Shown piece by piece: positions 37,114 through 52,125 of a stretch of 64,000 nt of DNA (its first letter is position 1; each line of letters starts with the position of its first letter). The DNA lies in IMG/VR virus record IMGVR_UViG_3300001525_000584, positions 1 through 64,000 of that record; one strand, given 5' to 3'. The notes below the pieces were generated by a model. The model did no database searches, was not told the DNA's origin, and saw nothing but the letters and a program-made list of their open reading frames with translations. Made by a program: the position numbers and the translations under genes. Source of the stretch: a virus. Its lineage: Duplodnaviria > Caudoviricetes.

Positions 37114-38337
37114 ATGGCTGAGATCAGAAACAATTTAATTAGTTCAACCAGCCTCGTTCAGGTGCCTCAGGTTATAGTAAAAATAGGTGATTATGAATTT
37201 GGTTCTTATACAAAAATAAATAATCACGCACAGTATCCTAATTATGTACAGAATTTATCTGTAGTAAAAATAAATGGGCAAATAAATAAATACACATTAA
37301 ATATAAGTTATTTAATGACTGAGTATAATGATCCTAATTATTTTGAAGCTGTGTTTTCCAGTGTCAGTTCTACACGTAAAATAGAATTTACTTATGGCGA
37401 CTGCGCTCAGAAAAATTTTATGTATAAAAATGAAGAAGCCATTATAACAGGTGTCTCTTCAAACTTTTCTGCAGACGGTGCCAAAATAGATTATATAGTA
37501 TCAGCCGTTAGTGTGGGATCTTTAGCTGCTTCAGGCGTATATAATTTTCCCGCACGTTTTGCAAAGCCTAGTGATGTGCTATATGATTTAATAAAAGATA
37601 ATGGGCGCTATGGACTTCAGGATCTTTTTACAGGCATGCGCAGTATAAATTTATGCAAACAAAAAAATTTAATACCTACAGATGACATGGCTGTGCAATT
37701 AGAAGGAAAAACAAATACTTCTATTTTAGATTATATTCAGTATTTAGTAGATAACATGTCTTCGAGTGTTCCTAAAGAAGGCGTTGCAAAAGATATATTC
37801 TATGTTATTAAATACGTGGATGATACTACAGATGTTTTCCAGGGATCTTATTTTCAGGTGGTAAAAGTGGATGCTAATATAAAGCATCCTGAAGCTTATC
37901 AAATAGATTATGGATATCCCGGCAACAACTTAATCAGAGATTTAAGAATAGAGAAGAGTGAAAACTATTCTATTTACTATGATTATCAGAAAAAGTTACA
38001 TCCTTTAGAATATGTCAGCAGAATAAATGATGTAGGTGAATATGAAGAAGTTTATGCACCTATTTTATCTAGCGGTAATGATAGGTATTATACACGCGAT
38101 GTGGATCGAACCTGGTGGAGTAAAGTCAGTCAATTCCCATTAAAAGCTTCTGTAACAGTTAAAGGATTATTAAGACCTGCACTGCTTATGAGTTATTTGA
38201 GACTGAATATAGTATTCTTTGGTAAAAAGCATATTTATTCAGGTTTATATATTATCACGAAACAACAGGATACGATAAGTGATTCAGGCTTTTCAACTTC
38301 TTTAGATATGGTTAAAATAGCGGAGGACGACGAATGA
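37114..38337 (+). CDS. baseplate hub protein (gp27/gpD-like)
   Basis: C-terminal SGLYIITK..DTI...GF.T.L; position. Confidence 0.65.
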   Translation: MAEIRNNLISSTSLVQVPQVIVKIGDYEFGSYTKINNHAQYPNYVQNLSVVKINGQINKYTLNISYLMTEYNDPNYFEAVFSSVSSTRKIEFTYGDCAQKNFMYKNEEAIITGVSSNFSADGAKIDYIVSAVSVGSLAASGVYNFPARFAKPSDVLYDLIKDNGRYGLQDLFTGMRSINLCKQKNLIPTDDMAVQLEGKTNTSILDYIQYLVDNMSSSVPKEGVAKDIFYVIKYVDDTTDVFQGSYFQVVKVDANIKHPEAYQIDYGYPGNNLIRDLRIEKSENYSIYYDYQKKLHPLEYVSRINDVGEYEEVYAPILSSGNDRYYTRDVDRTWWSKVSQFPLKASVTVKGLLRPALLMSYLRLNIVFFGKKHIYSGLYIITKQQDTISDSGFSTSLDMVKIAEDDE

Positions 38338-38768
38338 TCACTACAGCGCAAATAACTGCTATAAATCAGACTAAAGGCAACTTTGTAAATAATGCTTATG
38401 AGATCGAATTATCCTTTTTGAATCAGCCTGGGGATTCACGAGAAGATATAATACGAAAAAGAATTTTAGCTACAGCGTGTGTCCCTGGAGATTTTTATAA
38501 TACTTATGAAGTAGGCGACACTGTTTATGTAGGGTTTCTACACAATGTCATTAATAGGCCGGTTATTTTAGGAAAAATATATAAAGGCTTAAATGAAAAT
38601 TATAGTGGATCTATTCATATAAAAGATTTATCTGTTGAGAATTCAGTACAGTTGCCTACAAATACAACTTTAGGAACTGTACCATTAGAAACTTTTTTAG
38701 CAGCTTTAGAAACTATTAAAGATCTACAGGATCGTGTTACAGCTTTAGAAGAAGCAAATAAAAAATGA
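38334..38768 (+). CDS. baseplate spike (gpV/gp5 OB-fold-like)
   Basis: VGDTVYVGF...RPVILG. Confidence 0.7.
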   Translation: MITTAQITAINQTKGNFVNNAYEIELSFLNQPGDSREDIIRKRILATACVPGDFYNTYEVGDTVYVGFLHNVINRPVILGKIYKGLNENYSGSIHIKDLSVENSVQLPTNTTLGTVPLETFLAALETIKDLQDRVTALEEANKK

Positions 38769-38857
38769 ATTAATAGCAGCGGTCAGATATCTAAGGGGTA
38801 AAAAATCGCTGCTAAATTTAATATAATTCGAAAAAAGATAAAGGGGAAAAGTTATAG

Positions 38858-43033
<4,176 letters not shown>

Positions 43034-43078
43034 AAATGTATATTATATAAATCTCTAAAAATTCGAAAGGAAACTTTT

Positions 43079-43465
43079 ATGATTAGACTCATAGATGCAG
43101 TTAATTTTAACGAGTTTTATAAAGCCATTAAAGATCAAAAGATGTCAGGGCTCTTAGCCTATAAGCTAGCAAAGCTCGTGTCGGTTTCTTTAGTCCCTGA
43201 ACAAAAAATTTATACAGATCGATTAAGAGAAACTGTTTTAGCAAAGGCAGAACTAGATGAAAAGGGGCAGCCAAAAGCAGCACAAAACGTTTTCGGTGTT
43301 CAAATTAAATCCGGCGAAGAAGTTACCCTTATGCAGGAGATTTTAGATCTACAAAATGTAGAGATCGATGTAAAACCTGTATTTACCATGGATGAACTTA
43401 GTGCATTAATGGCAACTCCAGAACAGTTCCAGACGGCTTTACCATTTATTATCGAAGAAGAATAA
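43079..43465 (+). CDS. hypothetical protein
   Basis: Own AATGTATATT motif (43035) and terminator; LAYKLAK. Confidence 0.65.
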   Translation: MIRLIDAVNFNEFYKAIKDQKMSGLLAYKLAKLVSVSLVPEQKIYTDRLRETVLAKAELDEKGQPKAAQNVFGVQIKSGEEVTLMQEILDLQNVEIDVKPVFTMDELSALMATPEQFQTALPFIIEEE

Positions 43466-43474
43466 AATACAAAG

Positions 43475-43503
43475 AAGAGGATCTTTAAATGGATCCTCTT
43501 TTT
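43475..43503 (+). terminator. intrinsic terminator
   Basis: AAGAGGATC/GATCCTCTT followed by T residues. Confidence 0.65.
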
Positions 43504-43572
43504 ATAACCCTTTATAAAGCTGTATAAATTTTTGTGCTAAATTTGATAATTAATACAGGGAGGTTACTATGC

Positions 43573-43941
43573 ATGAACTGCTTAGCCTGGCCCAAAATAT
43601 TTAAAGGAAACGCCACAACTATATTAACAGATAAAGAAGCGAGTAAAAAGTGTTTGCATCTTTTACTTTTATCTGAAGCGCGAGAGTTTTTTGGCGATCC
43701 CGATTTTGGGATAAAATTAAAAAAATATACCTTTGACCAAAATAACTATATTTTAAAAGATATTTTAATAGATGAACTATATACTAAAATAAGAACTTTT
43801 TGTCCGCAAATTTATTTAGAGCGAAAAAATGTTGTTATAAATCAGGACGGAAACAAAATAGTAGCAACTATTAACTGCATTAATAGATACGATTTTACAG
43901 TGAATAGTTATGACTTAGTTTTGTTTGAGCAGGAGGATTAA
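43573..43941 (+). CDS. gp25-like baseplate wedge subunit
   Basis: E.FGDPDFG.L; start at MNCLAW (GGGAGG RBS). Confidence 0.8.
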   Translation: MNCLAWPKIFKGNATTILTDKEASKKCLHLLLLSEAREFFGDPDFGIKLKKYTFDQNNYILKDILIDELYTKIRTFCPQIYLERKNVVINQDGNKIVATINCINRYDFTVNSYDLVLFEQED

Positions 43942-43945
43942 ATAA

Positions 43946-46900
43946 GTGGCTGTAACTGAACGCGATTTAACCATAAGTAACATAAGTTATACTAATAAAG
44001 ATTTTGGAACTATTTACCCAGAATTATTAGATATAGCAAAAAAGTTAAGTTATAAATTTGATCCAACTTCTTCAAACGAGAGCGACCCTTTTATTCTCTT
44101 ATTAAAGTTGCTAGCTTTTATGGGGGATAAAATTAACTATAATGTAGATAAGAATGTATTAGAGCGTTTTGCATCTAGCCTGACTCAGGAAACTTCTATG
44201 AAGGATTTAACCGATCGATTAGGTTATCATATGCATTATTATAAAACAGCCATCGCAGAAGTTGTTTTTAAATGCAACAAAACTTTATCTGCATCTATAT
44301 CCATCCCGGCCTTTTCTGTATTAAAAGATTCTACAGGCACTGTTCAGTTTGTTACCGTTAGTGCAGCGGAGATTAATAAAAATACACAAATAAGTGCACC
44401 TGTTGAAGCTTATCAGGGCGAATTGAAAACAGTAAATGTTTTAGGCGAAGAAGTTCTTAATGAATGGAACTTAGACGAAAATAACAGAATTTATTTTCCT
44501 GAAGCCTTTGTTGCAGAAAATGGTGTATTTATTTGTACATCTCAGGGTACCTATTTGGATAATGAATGGCGAGCTGTTCCTTATATAAACTCCGAAGTGG
44601 TTTATGGCGATAAAGTATACTGCTTTGGATATGATTCTGAACAGGTCAGACCTTATATTCAGTTCCCAGAATGGTTTGCAAATATAGTAGGAGATGGTAT
44701 TATTATCCGATATCTCGTCACTAAAGGAGAAGAAGGTAATGTATCTGCAAAAAGCATCACTACTATTAGTACTTTATCTCAGGAGGAGTTACCTGAAGAT
44801 ATAGAGATAAATGATATAGTAGTTCAAAATAATTCTGCCGCGGTGTCTGGTACATCTCCTGAAACTATAGATGAAGCATATGAAGGACTAAAAAGAACTT
44901 TAGGAACTTTTAATACTTTAGTAACGTGTCGAGATTATGCGAATGCTATTTATGAAGCTTTAAAATATGAAGATGATCAACCCTATGTTTCTAATGTGCA
45001 AGTAGGTGATCGAAGAAACGATATTAATTATAGTTGTCCTGTTATGACCTATGATGTAAATGGCGCAAAAACAGTTAGTGTTACAAATAAAGAAAATGTA
45101 ACACCTTATGATTTATGTTTATATCCTTTTACACCAAACACAGTATCCAGTGTTTCTTCAGAGATAATTTCGAGTTATGAAAAGACTTTTACAGGCCTGG
45201 CAAACATAGATACCATTAAAACTCTTTTAGAAGATGATACCAGAGATTTTAAAAAGAGTTTATCTCATGATTATAAAACTTTTAAACAGAATGATATTTT
45301 TGCTATTAAAAACTACTATAAGTTAACAGGCATCATATCTACAGTAAATAAAGTAAATAAATTAGAGCAAATAGAAATATTAGAAAAAATTAAATTAGCT
45401 TTAGCAAAAAAATATTCTGCGCGTGATGTAGATTTTGGTTATGAGATCCCCTACGATGAATTAGTAAAAACCATGACCGAAGCAGATGCACGAATCAAAT
45501 TAGTGACTTTATATGAACCCGAGTTAACACCTAAAGCTTATCTAGTAGATTATTCTGATGGTAACGTCACTCATTATGCTGAAACAGAATTAGAAGCACA
45601 TACAGATGCGAATGATAATGACTGGTTTAAATTTATAGTTGCAAAGAATATTTTATCAGGGCGTATCGAAGCCTTTACTTATGAAAAGACTTTTGAATAT
45701 GCCTACGATGAAAAGCTTATATCAGGACAAACAACCTGTTTACCCTGTGGTGAATTAGAAAAAATAGGTTCTTTTACTTCTGAAGCAAATATCACAGTTC
45801 CTGCAGGAGAAGAGGGATATACATTAAAGCAAAATGAAGTTATAGAGTTCACTGCAGATAACTATTTAACCACAAAAACATATCCTTATGGTATTAACTA
45901 TTATTTAAAATTAGCTTCAGGCGCTTCTTATATACCTAAAAATGCAGAGTATACTATAGCCGAGGGTGATGAAGTTACTTTTATCTACACAGATTCTGAA
46001 GACATCGCCAGAGCAGATATTTTAAGCGCAGGCACCATTATAAAACCTAATTTTGATTTTTATACTACAACTTATCGTACAGGTTCTCATGGTGAATATA
46101 CTTACGGCGAAACACCTAGAACAAAAGTTGTAAATGGTAAATCTTATGCATGTTTTCTTTTAGAAGCGTCGCAAGAAGTTCAAATTCGTGAATTAGCCGC
46201 ACAAACATTTACAGAAGGTCGAAGAGTTTACTGGCAGTTAAATGATGCCGATAATGTTATGTATTTTGATGCTAATGGTGAATATATATTAAAATCCGGC
46301 GAACAGTTATTTATCAGCGATAACCAGTTTATTAATTTATTAGCTTTTGGTTCGGGAACAAAATTAAAAGCAACTTTTAAGACTGATGAAGATAAAGTAT
46401 GGGCACCAAAATCTGATTATAGAAGAGTTACGGATATAGCAGCACTTTATACAGACGGATTAGCAGCTATGGCACCATATTTTGTATATAAAGATTTTTC
46501 TTCTACTAATCCCTTTACTGCAACAGAACAGTCTATTATAACATTATGTGAAGGCGATAAAATTATTAGTGATAAAAAAGTAACATTAAATAATAATGCC
46601 TTCACAGAAACAACTGCTCAGTTTTCTTATAAGTTAGCTAGCCAGGATAAAGCAGTTATGTTACCTGAGCGAAAAGGTGAAGAGCATCCATGGCGCGGTA
46701 GAGCAATTTTAGATATCTCCGCAGGACCTGATACCTGGCAAACTTTAACAGGTAACCAAAAGATCACTTTTAATAAAGTAAAGTGGGTCATCAAAGGAAC
46801 GCAAAGTAGTTGGCAGCCTGTAACAGATGGTTCTATAAGCATCGCAGCAAGTGATTCAGCCCAAAATTCTTTTAAGTTTGATAATTTAACTCAAAAAGAA

Positions 46901-47638
46901 GGCGGAGAAAATGTTTCTCTATTATTCATTAATGTGCTAGCAAAAGAAGACACAGTTACTTTAAATGATTATCCTTTAATTTATTGTGCTGATATAAAAC
47001 CTACAGCTTTAGCACCCAGTTCTGTAGAAGTTCATTCTTATGATACTGAGTACTATACAGTAAGCGTAAATGCAGATGAAAAAGGTACTATAAAGCCTGT
47101 AGAGTTGATAACACCTACTATTAAGGGTTATTCAAATCTATTTATGCTTTATGTAGATTCTTCAAACGATAAGTTGATTAAAGTAACTAATGCTGAAGAA
47201 GTTTCTGGTACAGGAAAAGATGGAAACACTCTTAATACAGGTGTACATCTGTTTAGAGTCATGACAATAAATAATTCTATGGCCAAAGTACAAATAACGG
47301 CCGATGATTCAGCAAAATGTATTATGAGCAGAGTAAAAATAATAAAGAGTGATGGTACTGAATTATTATTAAATGAACGGCTAGGATTAAAGGGTTCTAA
47401 ATATTTTAGTGATTTAAAAACATTTATCACAGGAGCTGACGGCATGAATAATGAAGAAGCTTTTAATAAATGTAACTTTTTAACTAAAATAGAATCTTCT
47501 ACAGCTATAGAGACATCTTATGATTTAGATGATGGCAGAATTTTCTTCGATGTAAATAACTTAGCAAATGCCTGGGTGTTACCTGAGATCGACTTTAAAA
47601 ACTATGATGTGCGCATAGCTCAAAACTGCAATAAGTAA
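43946..47638 (+). CDS. baseplate wedge protein (gp6/J-like)
   Basis: YTNKDF, SDP, Y.VT.GEEGN, G..PETI, LVT.RDY. Confidence 0.85.
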   Translation: MAVTERDLTISNISYTNKDFGTIYPELLDIAKKLSYKFDPTSSNESDPFILLLKLLAFMGDKINYNVDKNVLERFASSLTQETSMKDLTDRLGYHMHYYKTAIAEVVFKCNKTLSASISIPAFSVLKDSTGTVQFVTVSAAEINKNTQISAPVEAYQGELKTVNVLGEEVLNEWNLDENNRIYFPEAFVAENGVFICTSQGTYLDNEWRAVPYINSEVVYGDKVYCFGYDSEQVRPYIQFPEWFANIVGDGIIIRYLVTKGEEGNVSAKSITTISTLSQEELPEDIEINDIVVQNNSAAVSGTSPETIDEAYEGLKRTLGTFNTLVTCRDYANAIYEALKYEDDQPYVSNVQVGDRRNDINYSCPVMTYDVNGAKTVSVTNKENVTPYDLCLYPFTPNTVSSVSSEIISSYEKTFTGLANIDTIKTLLEDDTRDFKKSLSHDYKTFKQNDIFAIKNYYKLTGIISTVNKVNKLEQIEILEKIKLALAKKYSARDVDFGYEIPYDELVKTMTEADARIKLVTLYEPELTPKAYLVDYSDGNVTHYAETELEAHTDANDNDWFKFIVAKNILSGRIEAFTYEKTFEYAYDEKLISGQTTCLPCGELEKIGSFTSEANITVPAGEEGYTLKQNEVIEFTADNYLTTKTYPYGINYYLKLASGASYIPKNAEYTIAEGDEVTFIYTDSEDIARADILSAGTIIKPNFDFYTTTYRTGSHGEYTYGETPRTKVVNGKSYACFLLEASQEVQIRELAAQTFTEGRRVYWQLNDADNVMYFDANGEYILKSGEQLFISDNQFINLLAFGSGTKLKATFKTDEDKVWAPKSDYRRVTDIAALYTDGLAAMAPYFVYKDFSSTNPFTATEQSIITLCEGDKIISDKKVTLNNNAFTETTAQFSYKLASQDKAVMLPERKGEEHPWRGRAILDISAGPDTWQTLTGNQKITFNKVKWVIKGTQSSWQPVTDGSISIAASDSAQNSFKFDNLTQKEGGENVSLLFINVLAKEDTVTLNDYPLIYCADIKPTALAPSSVEVHSYDTEYYTVSVNADEKGTIKPVELITPTIKGYSNLFMLYVDSSNDKLIKVTNAEEVSGTGKDGNTLNTGVHLFRVMTINNSMAKVQITADDSAKCIMSRVKIIKSDGTELLLNERLGLKGSKYFSDLKTFITGADGMNNEEAFNKCNFLTKIESSTAIETSYDLDDGRIFFDVNNLANAWVLPEIDFKNYDVRIAQNCNK

Positions 47639-47652
47639 AGAAGGGAACTTTT

Positions 47653-48471
47653 ATGAAAATAGATAAATTAGTTCCTGAGGTATATTATAAAGAGTCCCGA
47701 GATTTTAGTTATATAGGACGACTATTCGAAATAGTTTGTAACTATATGAAGATGCAGGCTGATTTAGTAGGCGTACCTTTACAGAGCGAAAACATAAATG
47801 CAGATTTAATAGAGCTGGCTGCAAAAACAGTAGGTTTTGAAACAAAGCACACTTATGTAAATAAAGACCTTTTAGCTCTGGTAAACAACTTTGCCGATAT
47901 AGTAAAGGAAAAGGGCAGTTTATCATCTGTTGAAAAGGCTGTGCGACTATTATCTCGATGTCATGATTTAAAAGTTGCGTCTGTTGGTGCAGTAACTATA
48001 AATGCAGAAGATCCATATAAATTAAATATTTTGTTACCTTATGGTACTTCTGATGTTGTTTTATTAGAGGATTTATTAAATTATATTTTACCTGCTGGCT
48101 GGCTATACGAGATCGAATATGGCGATGCAGCAGAAGAAAATCCTGAAACAACCGTTCCTTCTAATGTTGATGAACTTTTCATCGTGCCTTATTCAGAAGA
48201 AGACGGTGCATATTTATCTTATGTTACTAAAGTTGCTGAAAAAGATGAAGGTTCTGTGGACAAAGAACGTCATACATGGCCTACAGGTTTGGTATATAAC
48301 GATGGTAAAAAAGATGAAGAAGAAGAAAATCATCAGTATGCCGTTACAGATATCAACACTGAAGTGGATGCTACTATTTATGAACAGGTAAAAAAGGGTG
48401 ATATAGTTGACAACGATGAAGGTGACTTCGATAAATTAGAGATCATAGATTTACGTGATTTGAATAATTAA
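47653..48471 (+). CDS. baseplate protein (gp7 / P2 gpI-like)
   Basis: LA...GF, KGS..SV, ILPAG. Confidence 0.7.
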   Translation: MKIDKLVPEVYYKESRDFSYIGRLFEIVCNYMKMQADLVGVPLQSENINADLIELAAKTVGFETKHTYVNKDLLALVNNFADIVKEKGSLSSVEKAVRLLSRCHDLKVASVGAVTINAEDPYKLNILLPYGTSDVVLLEDLLNYILPAGWLYEIEYGDAAEENPETTVPSNVDELFIVPYSEEDGAYLSYVTKVAEKDEGSVDKERHTWPTGLVYNDGKKDEEEENHQYAVTDINTEVDATIYEQVKKGDIVDNDEGDFDKLEIIDLRDLNN

Positions 48472-48480
48472 ATATAAAAG

Positions 48481-48506
48481 AAAAGACAGCCCCTGCGCTG
48501 TCTTTT
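48481..48506 (+). terminator. intrinsic terminator
   Basis: AAAAGACAGC/GCTGTCTTTT. Confidence 0.6.
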
Positions 48507-48561
48507 CGTATGTAAATTTTCTTGCTAAATTTTAAAAATATATGATACAGGCGAGGCGTTT

Positions 48562-49167
48562 ATGAAGTTCATGAACAAAGTAAAATTAATCGATCTCACT
48601 AAGCCCGCAGAAGTCGAAACGCCAAAGGCCGAGGTTAAAAAAGCACCTCAAATAACAGTTGGCTACAAAGGCGAAGTAACCATCAAAAGAGTCGATACAC
48701 ACAGTAAAAAAACAAAAACATATAGAACACATAATCATGGAGAAGCAGGTCTTTTCAGCTTTTTAATTCATGCTTTACAGGGTGAAAATATGAAGCAGTA
48801 CAGGCCACGTTACTTAATGTTATATGATGCTGAAGATAATGCATTATTAACACAAAGAGCCATGATCGCTTTTACACCCACAGCTTATAAAACACAAAAT
48901 AATAGATATATAGTATCTTATGATACTTGCGATTCTGTTGTGTTCAGTTTTATCATACCTTCTACACAATTTAAGGCAGGAGGTGCAACAGTAACTAAAG
49001 CAGCCTTATTTAATGATCGAAGTTCTTCAAATGCTTTAACAAATAATGATGGACTTTGTGCTGTAGCAGAATTAAATTCAGGTATTCAGGTTACGGCGGG
49101 TACAAATTTAATGGTCTACTGGAGATTAAAATTTGAACCTATAACATCCGATGACGTCGATGTATGA
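48562..49167 (+). CDS. tail-fibre attachment / hypothetical structural protein
   Basis: KGEVTI...HN...AALF...YWRLKF. Confidence 0.55.
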   Translation: MKFMNKVKLIDLTKPAEVETPKAEVKKAPQITVGYKGEVTIKRVDTHSKKTKTYRTHNHGEAGLFSFLIHALQGENMKQYRPRYLMLYDAEDNALLTQRAMIAFTPTAYKTQNNRYIVSYDTCDSVVFSFIIPSTQFKAGGATVTKAALFNDRSSSNALTNNDGLCAVAELNSGIQVTAGTNLMVYWRLKFEPITSDDVDV

Positions 49168-49188
49168 TTATAGTAAAGGAGAATTATA

Positions 49189-51378
49189 GTGCAGTATATA
49201 AATAGTGATAAAATTATAGTGTTTCCTTCTGCTTTTAGAGGCTCTCCTTATTATAAAAGTAGATTAACTTCAGAAGAAAATTTAACTCTATTAGGTAAAT
49301 ATTCTCGTAACGGTAATGCTGTTATAAAAGATGGCGATTATACTATTATAACCTTAGAGGGTTATGTCTTTAAAATGCTTACAACAGATGTACCTAAAGG
49401 CAACAGCTTATTTGCTATTATTTACATTAGAGAAGAAAACTCTATAAGGCACCTTAGTAAAGTTCCTAAAGCGGATGAAGATGGAACTTTAGACGATGAT
49501 ACCGGTAGTGGTGTTTTCCATGGTTTAGCTTTTGGGACTCAGGCTGAAGGCAACGATCATACAGCTTCTGTGCAGGTTCGGGATGCTTCTGGCGCCATCT
49601 CTTATACAAAAGAAAATGAGAGCTCTAAGACATATGATGCAGGCATGGCTGTTGTGACTGATGACTCGGGACATTTAGCAACAAAAAGTCTATACATGAG
49701 CCGATATGCAACCAAAGGTAGCACTTTAGGTTTCATGGATAAAGTATATATTTTACAGAACGATATCGGACAGGTAACCAGTTTAACAGCGTCCTTCGCT
49801 ACGCCTTCGCCTAAAGACTTAACTAGTACAGGATACGCAGTAGGCCGCATTTTAGGTATAGGTAGTGATGGCGCTTTAGCATGGCAAGCTCCCAGTACTT
49901 CTGCCGGAGCTAATGATGGCAGCTTCACTGTAAATGGTACTAAGATCTGGAGTGCAAATAGTTCTTCATCTGGCGGGTTAAATTTTTATGGGGATCATTT
50001 TACCACAACATATAGTAATGGTGTGGCTACGGTAAAGCTTAAAAACAGTGGTGGTAGTGGTTCTACTGTAGAGCCTAATAATGGCGAATTGCAAATAAAC
50101 GACAATGTTATTTTCAGAGCGAACCAGTCAGGCAACACTAATATAACGTTAGATTCTAATTATTTTACCTATGCGGATTATAAAGTCGGTTTAAATTTAG
50201 ATGCAATTCAGGCGGAGGTGACGGGGGATGTAAACGACGGAGGGTTTTATATAAATACCTCAGAGCTCTCTAAAAATAAAATCTTCAGTGCCAATCAAAA
50301 AGGTCAAACCGTTTTAAAATTTGATACTGATTATTTTGATTTTAATGGTGATACTAAGCAAATGAGCTTAAATCTCGACGGTCTGAAAACACAGTTAAAT
50401 ATAAATAATGCGGTGCTGAAAATACAGGCAAAAAATTCTGCTGGAAAAGTTGTAGATCATGAATTATTCACTGCTAATAGTGCCACAGATAAACAGCTAA
50501 GGTTTTCTCTGAGAGATTTTGAAATTAATACGGACCCATTAGACACCACGGGCAACACGTTCGCTTTAAAGTTGCAGAATGATTATTTATCGACCTTAAA
50601 AGCTTCTGATACACAGGGAGCATTAAGCTGTACACGATATGCAAATAATGGAACTATATATGAAGATACCGTTGCATTAAAAAACCTGGATGTCACAGGG
50701 GAGCCCACTTTTAAATCTTTAACATTAACCTCTGAAAATGATGCTGCAGGATCATTAAATATAGGTGTGAGCACAAGAGGCGGGATTATAGCATCTTCCG
50801 CGTTATATGGAGGCTTCGCGAGTATATACGTAGGTTCTAATGATACGACGCAAGTCGATAAAGCATGTATCACTTTGCAGGCGAATAATAATGCTGGGAT
50901 AGAAAAAGCAACTTTAAGTGTCACTAAGACATCAAAGTACGACACAGGCACCCTTAAACAGGCTGGAGTTTTCATCACGTCGGAAGATATAAAGTTAATG
51001 GGACGTGTTACCACGGGTACAGGATTAGGCGATTTAACAACACGTATTAGTTTAACGGCGGACAGTGGTGCTATAGAATGTGTTAAGCTTACGCAAAGCT
51101 CCGATGCACGATTAAAAGAAAACCTAGAGCCATTCTACGAACCCAAAAAATCCATCCTCGATTTACCTGTATATACTTATAACTTTATAGGTAGAGATGA
51201 AAAGATGCTGGGATGCTTAGCACAGGATCTGCAAAAGATTTGTCCGGAGATCGTAAATGAAGATACAAATGGATATTTAAGTATTCAGGAGTCTAAAATA
51301 GTTTATTTACTTTTAGAAGAAGTTAAGAAGTTGCGGGCAGAACTGGATATATTAAACACGAAGCAGGAGATTAAATAA
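49189..51378 (+). CDS. tail fibre/spike with C-terminal peptidase S74 intramolecular chaperone
   Basis: SDARLKEN, GCLAQDL..PE.V; NDG.F.IN...IFSANQ repeats. Confidence 0.85.
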   Translation: MQYINSDKIIVFPSAFRGSPYYKSRLTSEENLTLLGKYSRNGNAVIKDGDYTIITLEGYVFKMLTTDVPKGNSLFAIIYIREENSIRHLSKVPKADEDGTLDDDTGSGVFHGLAFGTQAEGNDHTASVQVRDASGAISYTKENESSKTYDAGMAVVTDDSGHLATKSLYMSRYATKGSTLGFMDKVYILQNDIGQVTSLTASFATPSPKDLTSTGYAVGRILGIGSDGALAWQAPSTSAGANDGSFTVNGTKIWSANSSSSGGLNFYGDHFTTTYSNGVATVKLKNSGGSGSTVEPNNGELQINDNVIFRANQSGNTNITLDSNYFTYADYKVGLNLDAIQAEVTGDVNDGGFYINTSELSKNKIFSANQKGQTVLKFDTDYFDFNGDTKQMSLNLDGLKTQLNINNAVLKIQAKNSAGKVVDHELFTANSATDKQLRFSLRDFEINTDPLDTTGNTFALKLQNDYLSTLKASDTQGALSCTRYANNGTIYEDTVALKNLDVTGEPTFKSLTLTSENDAAGSLNIGVSTRGGIIASSALYGGFASIYVGSNDTTQVDKACITLQANNNAGIEKATLSVTKTSKYDTGTLKQAGVFITSEDIKLMGRVTTGTGLGDLTTRISLTADSGAIECVKLTQSSDARLKENLEPFYEPKKSILDLPVYTYNFIGRDEKMLGCLAQDLQKICPEIVNEDTNGYLSIQESKIVYLLLEEVKKLRAELDILNTKQEIK

Positions 51379-52115
51379 TGTCTTCTTTATATACCAAACA
51401 GGACTATATAGATTACGTAAAAAGGCAGGTTTCTGGAGGTCTTTTAGAATTAGAGATCGAAGATGAGGTTATAGGGCGTTTTATAGAAGACGCCCTAGTA
51501 GAGCTCCGAAGATATTATGATATCCCTATTTTCATAACTGTGCCTTATTCTAATGTTATAGATTTAAAAGGCTTTGATCATAGCGCCGTTACAAATGTTT
51601 ATAGAGCCCAGTCTCCTCTAGGTCCTGATAATAGTTCCGGCTTTACAAATCAAACAGCTATGTCTGATCCTATGTATGTACAGCAGTGGGCAGTTTTTTC
51701 AGGTACCGGAATGATGTATAATTTACAAAACTATATAATGAATTATTTATCATATAGCACTTTAAATCAAATGCAGAATACCACGGGTGCTGACATGAGC
51801 TTCTTAGAAGATAAAAGAGCTAATAAATTGTATATTAACTGTAACAATAATATACCCTCTAATATAACTATAGAATACATACCTGTACTTAGAAGTGTAG
51901 AAGATATAACAGATGACTACTGGATCGATATATTAAAGAGATTATCTGTAGCCATGGTTAAAATAGCTTTAGGTCGGGTTCGTACTAGATTTACGCAGTC
52001 TAATGCTTTATGGACGCAGGACGGCGAAACGCTGTTAGCAGAGGGCAATGAAGAGATTAAAGAGCTAAGAGAAACTTTAAGAGTTAATAACAACCTCTTT
52101 ATACCTTTAGATTAA
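51378..52115 (+). CDS. neck / head-completion protein (gp13-like)
   Basis: DYV...GG...LE, LGRVR.RF, DGE.L..EG. Confidence 0.75.
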   Translation: MSSLYTKQDYIDYVKRQVSGGLLELEIEDEVIGRFIEDALVELRRYYDIPIFITVPYSNVIDLKGFDHSAVTNVYRAQSPLGPDNSSGFTNQTAMSDPMYVQQWAVFSGTGMMYNLQNYIMNYLSYSTLNQMQNTTGADMSFLEDKRANKLYINCNNNIPSNITIEYIPVLRSVEDITDDYWIDILKRLSVAMVKIALGRVRTRFTQSNALWTQDGETLLAEGNEEIKELRETLRVNNNLFIPLD

Positions 52116-52125
52116 TGGAGGCTCT

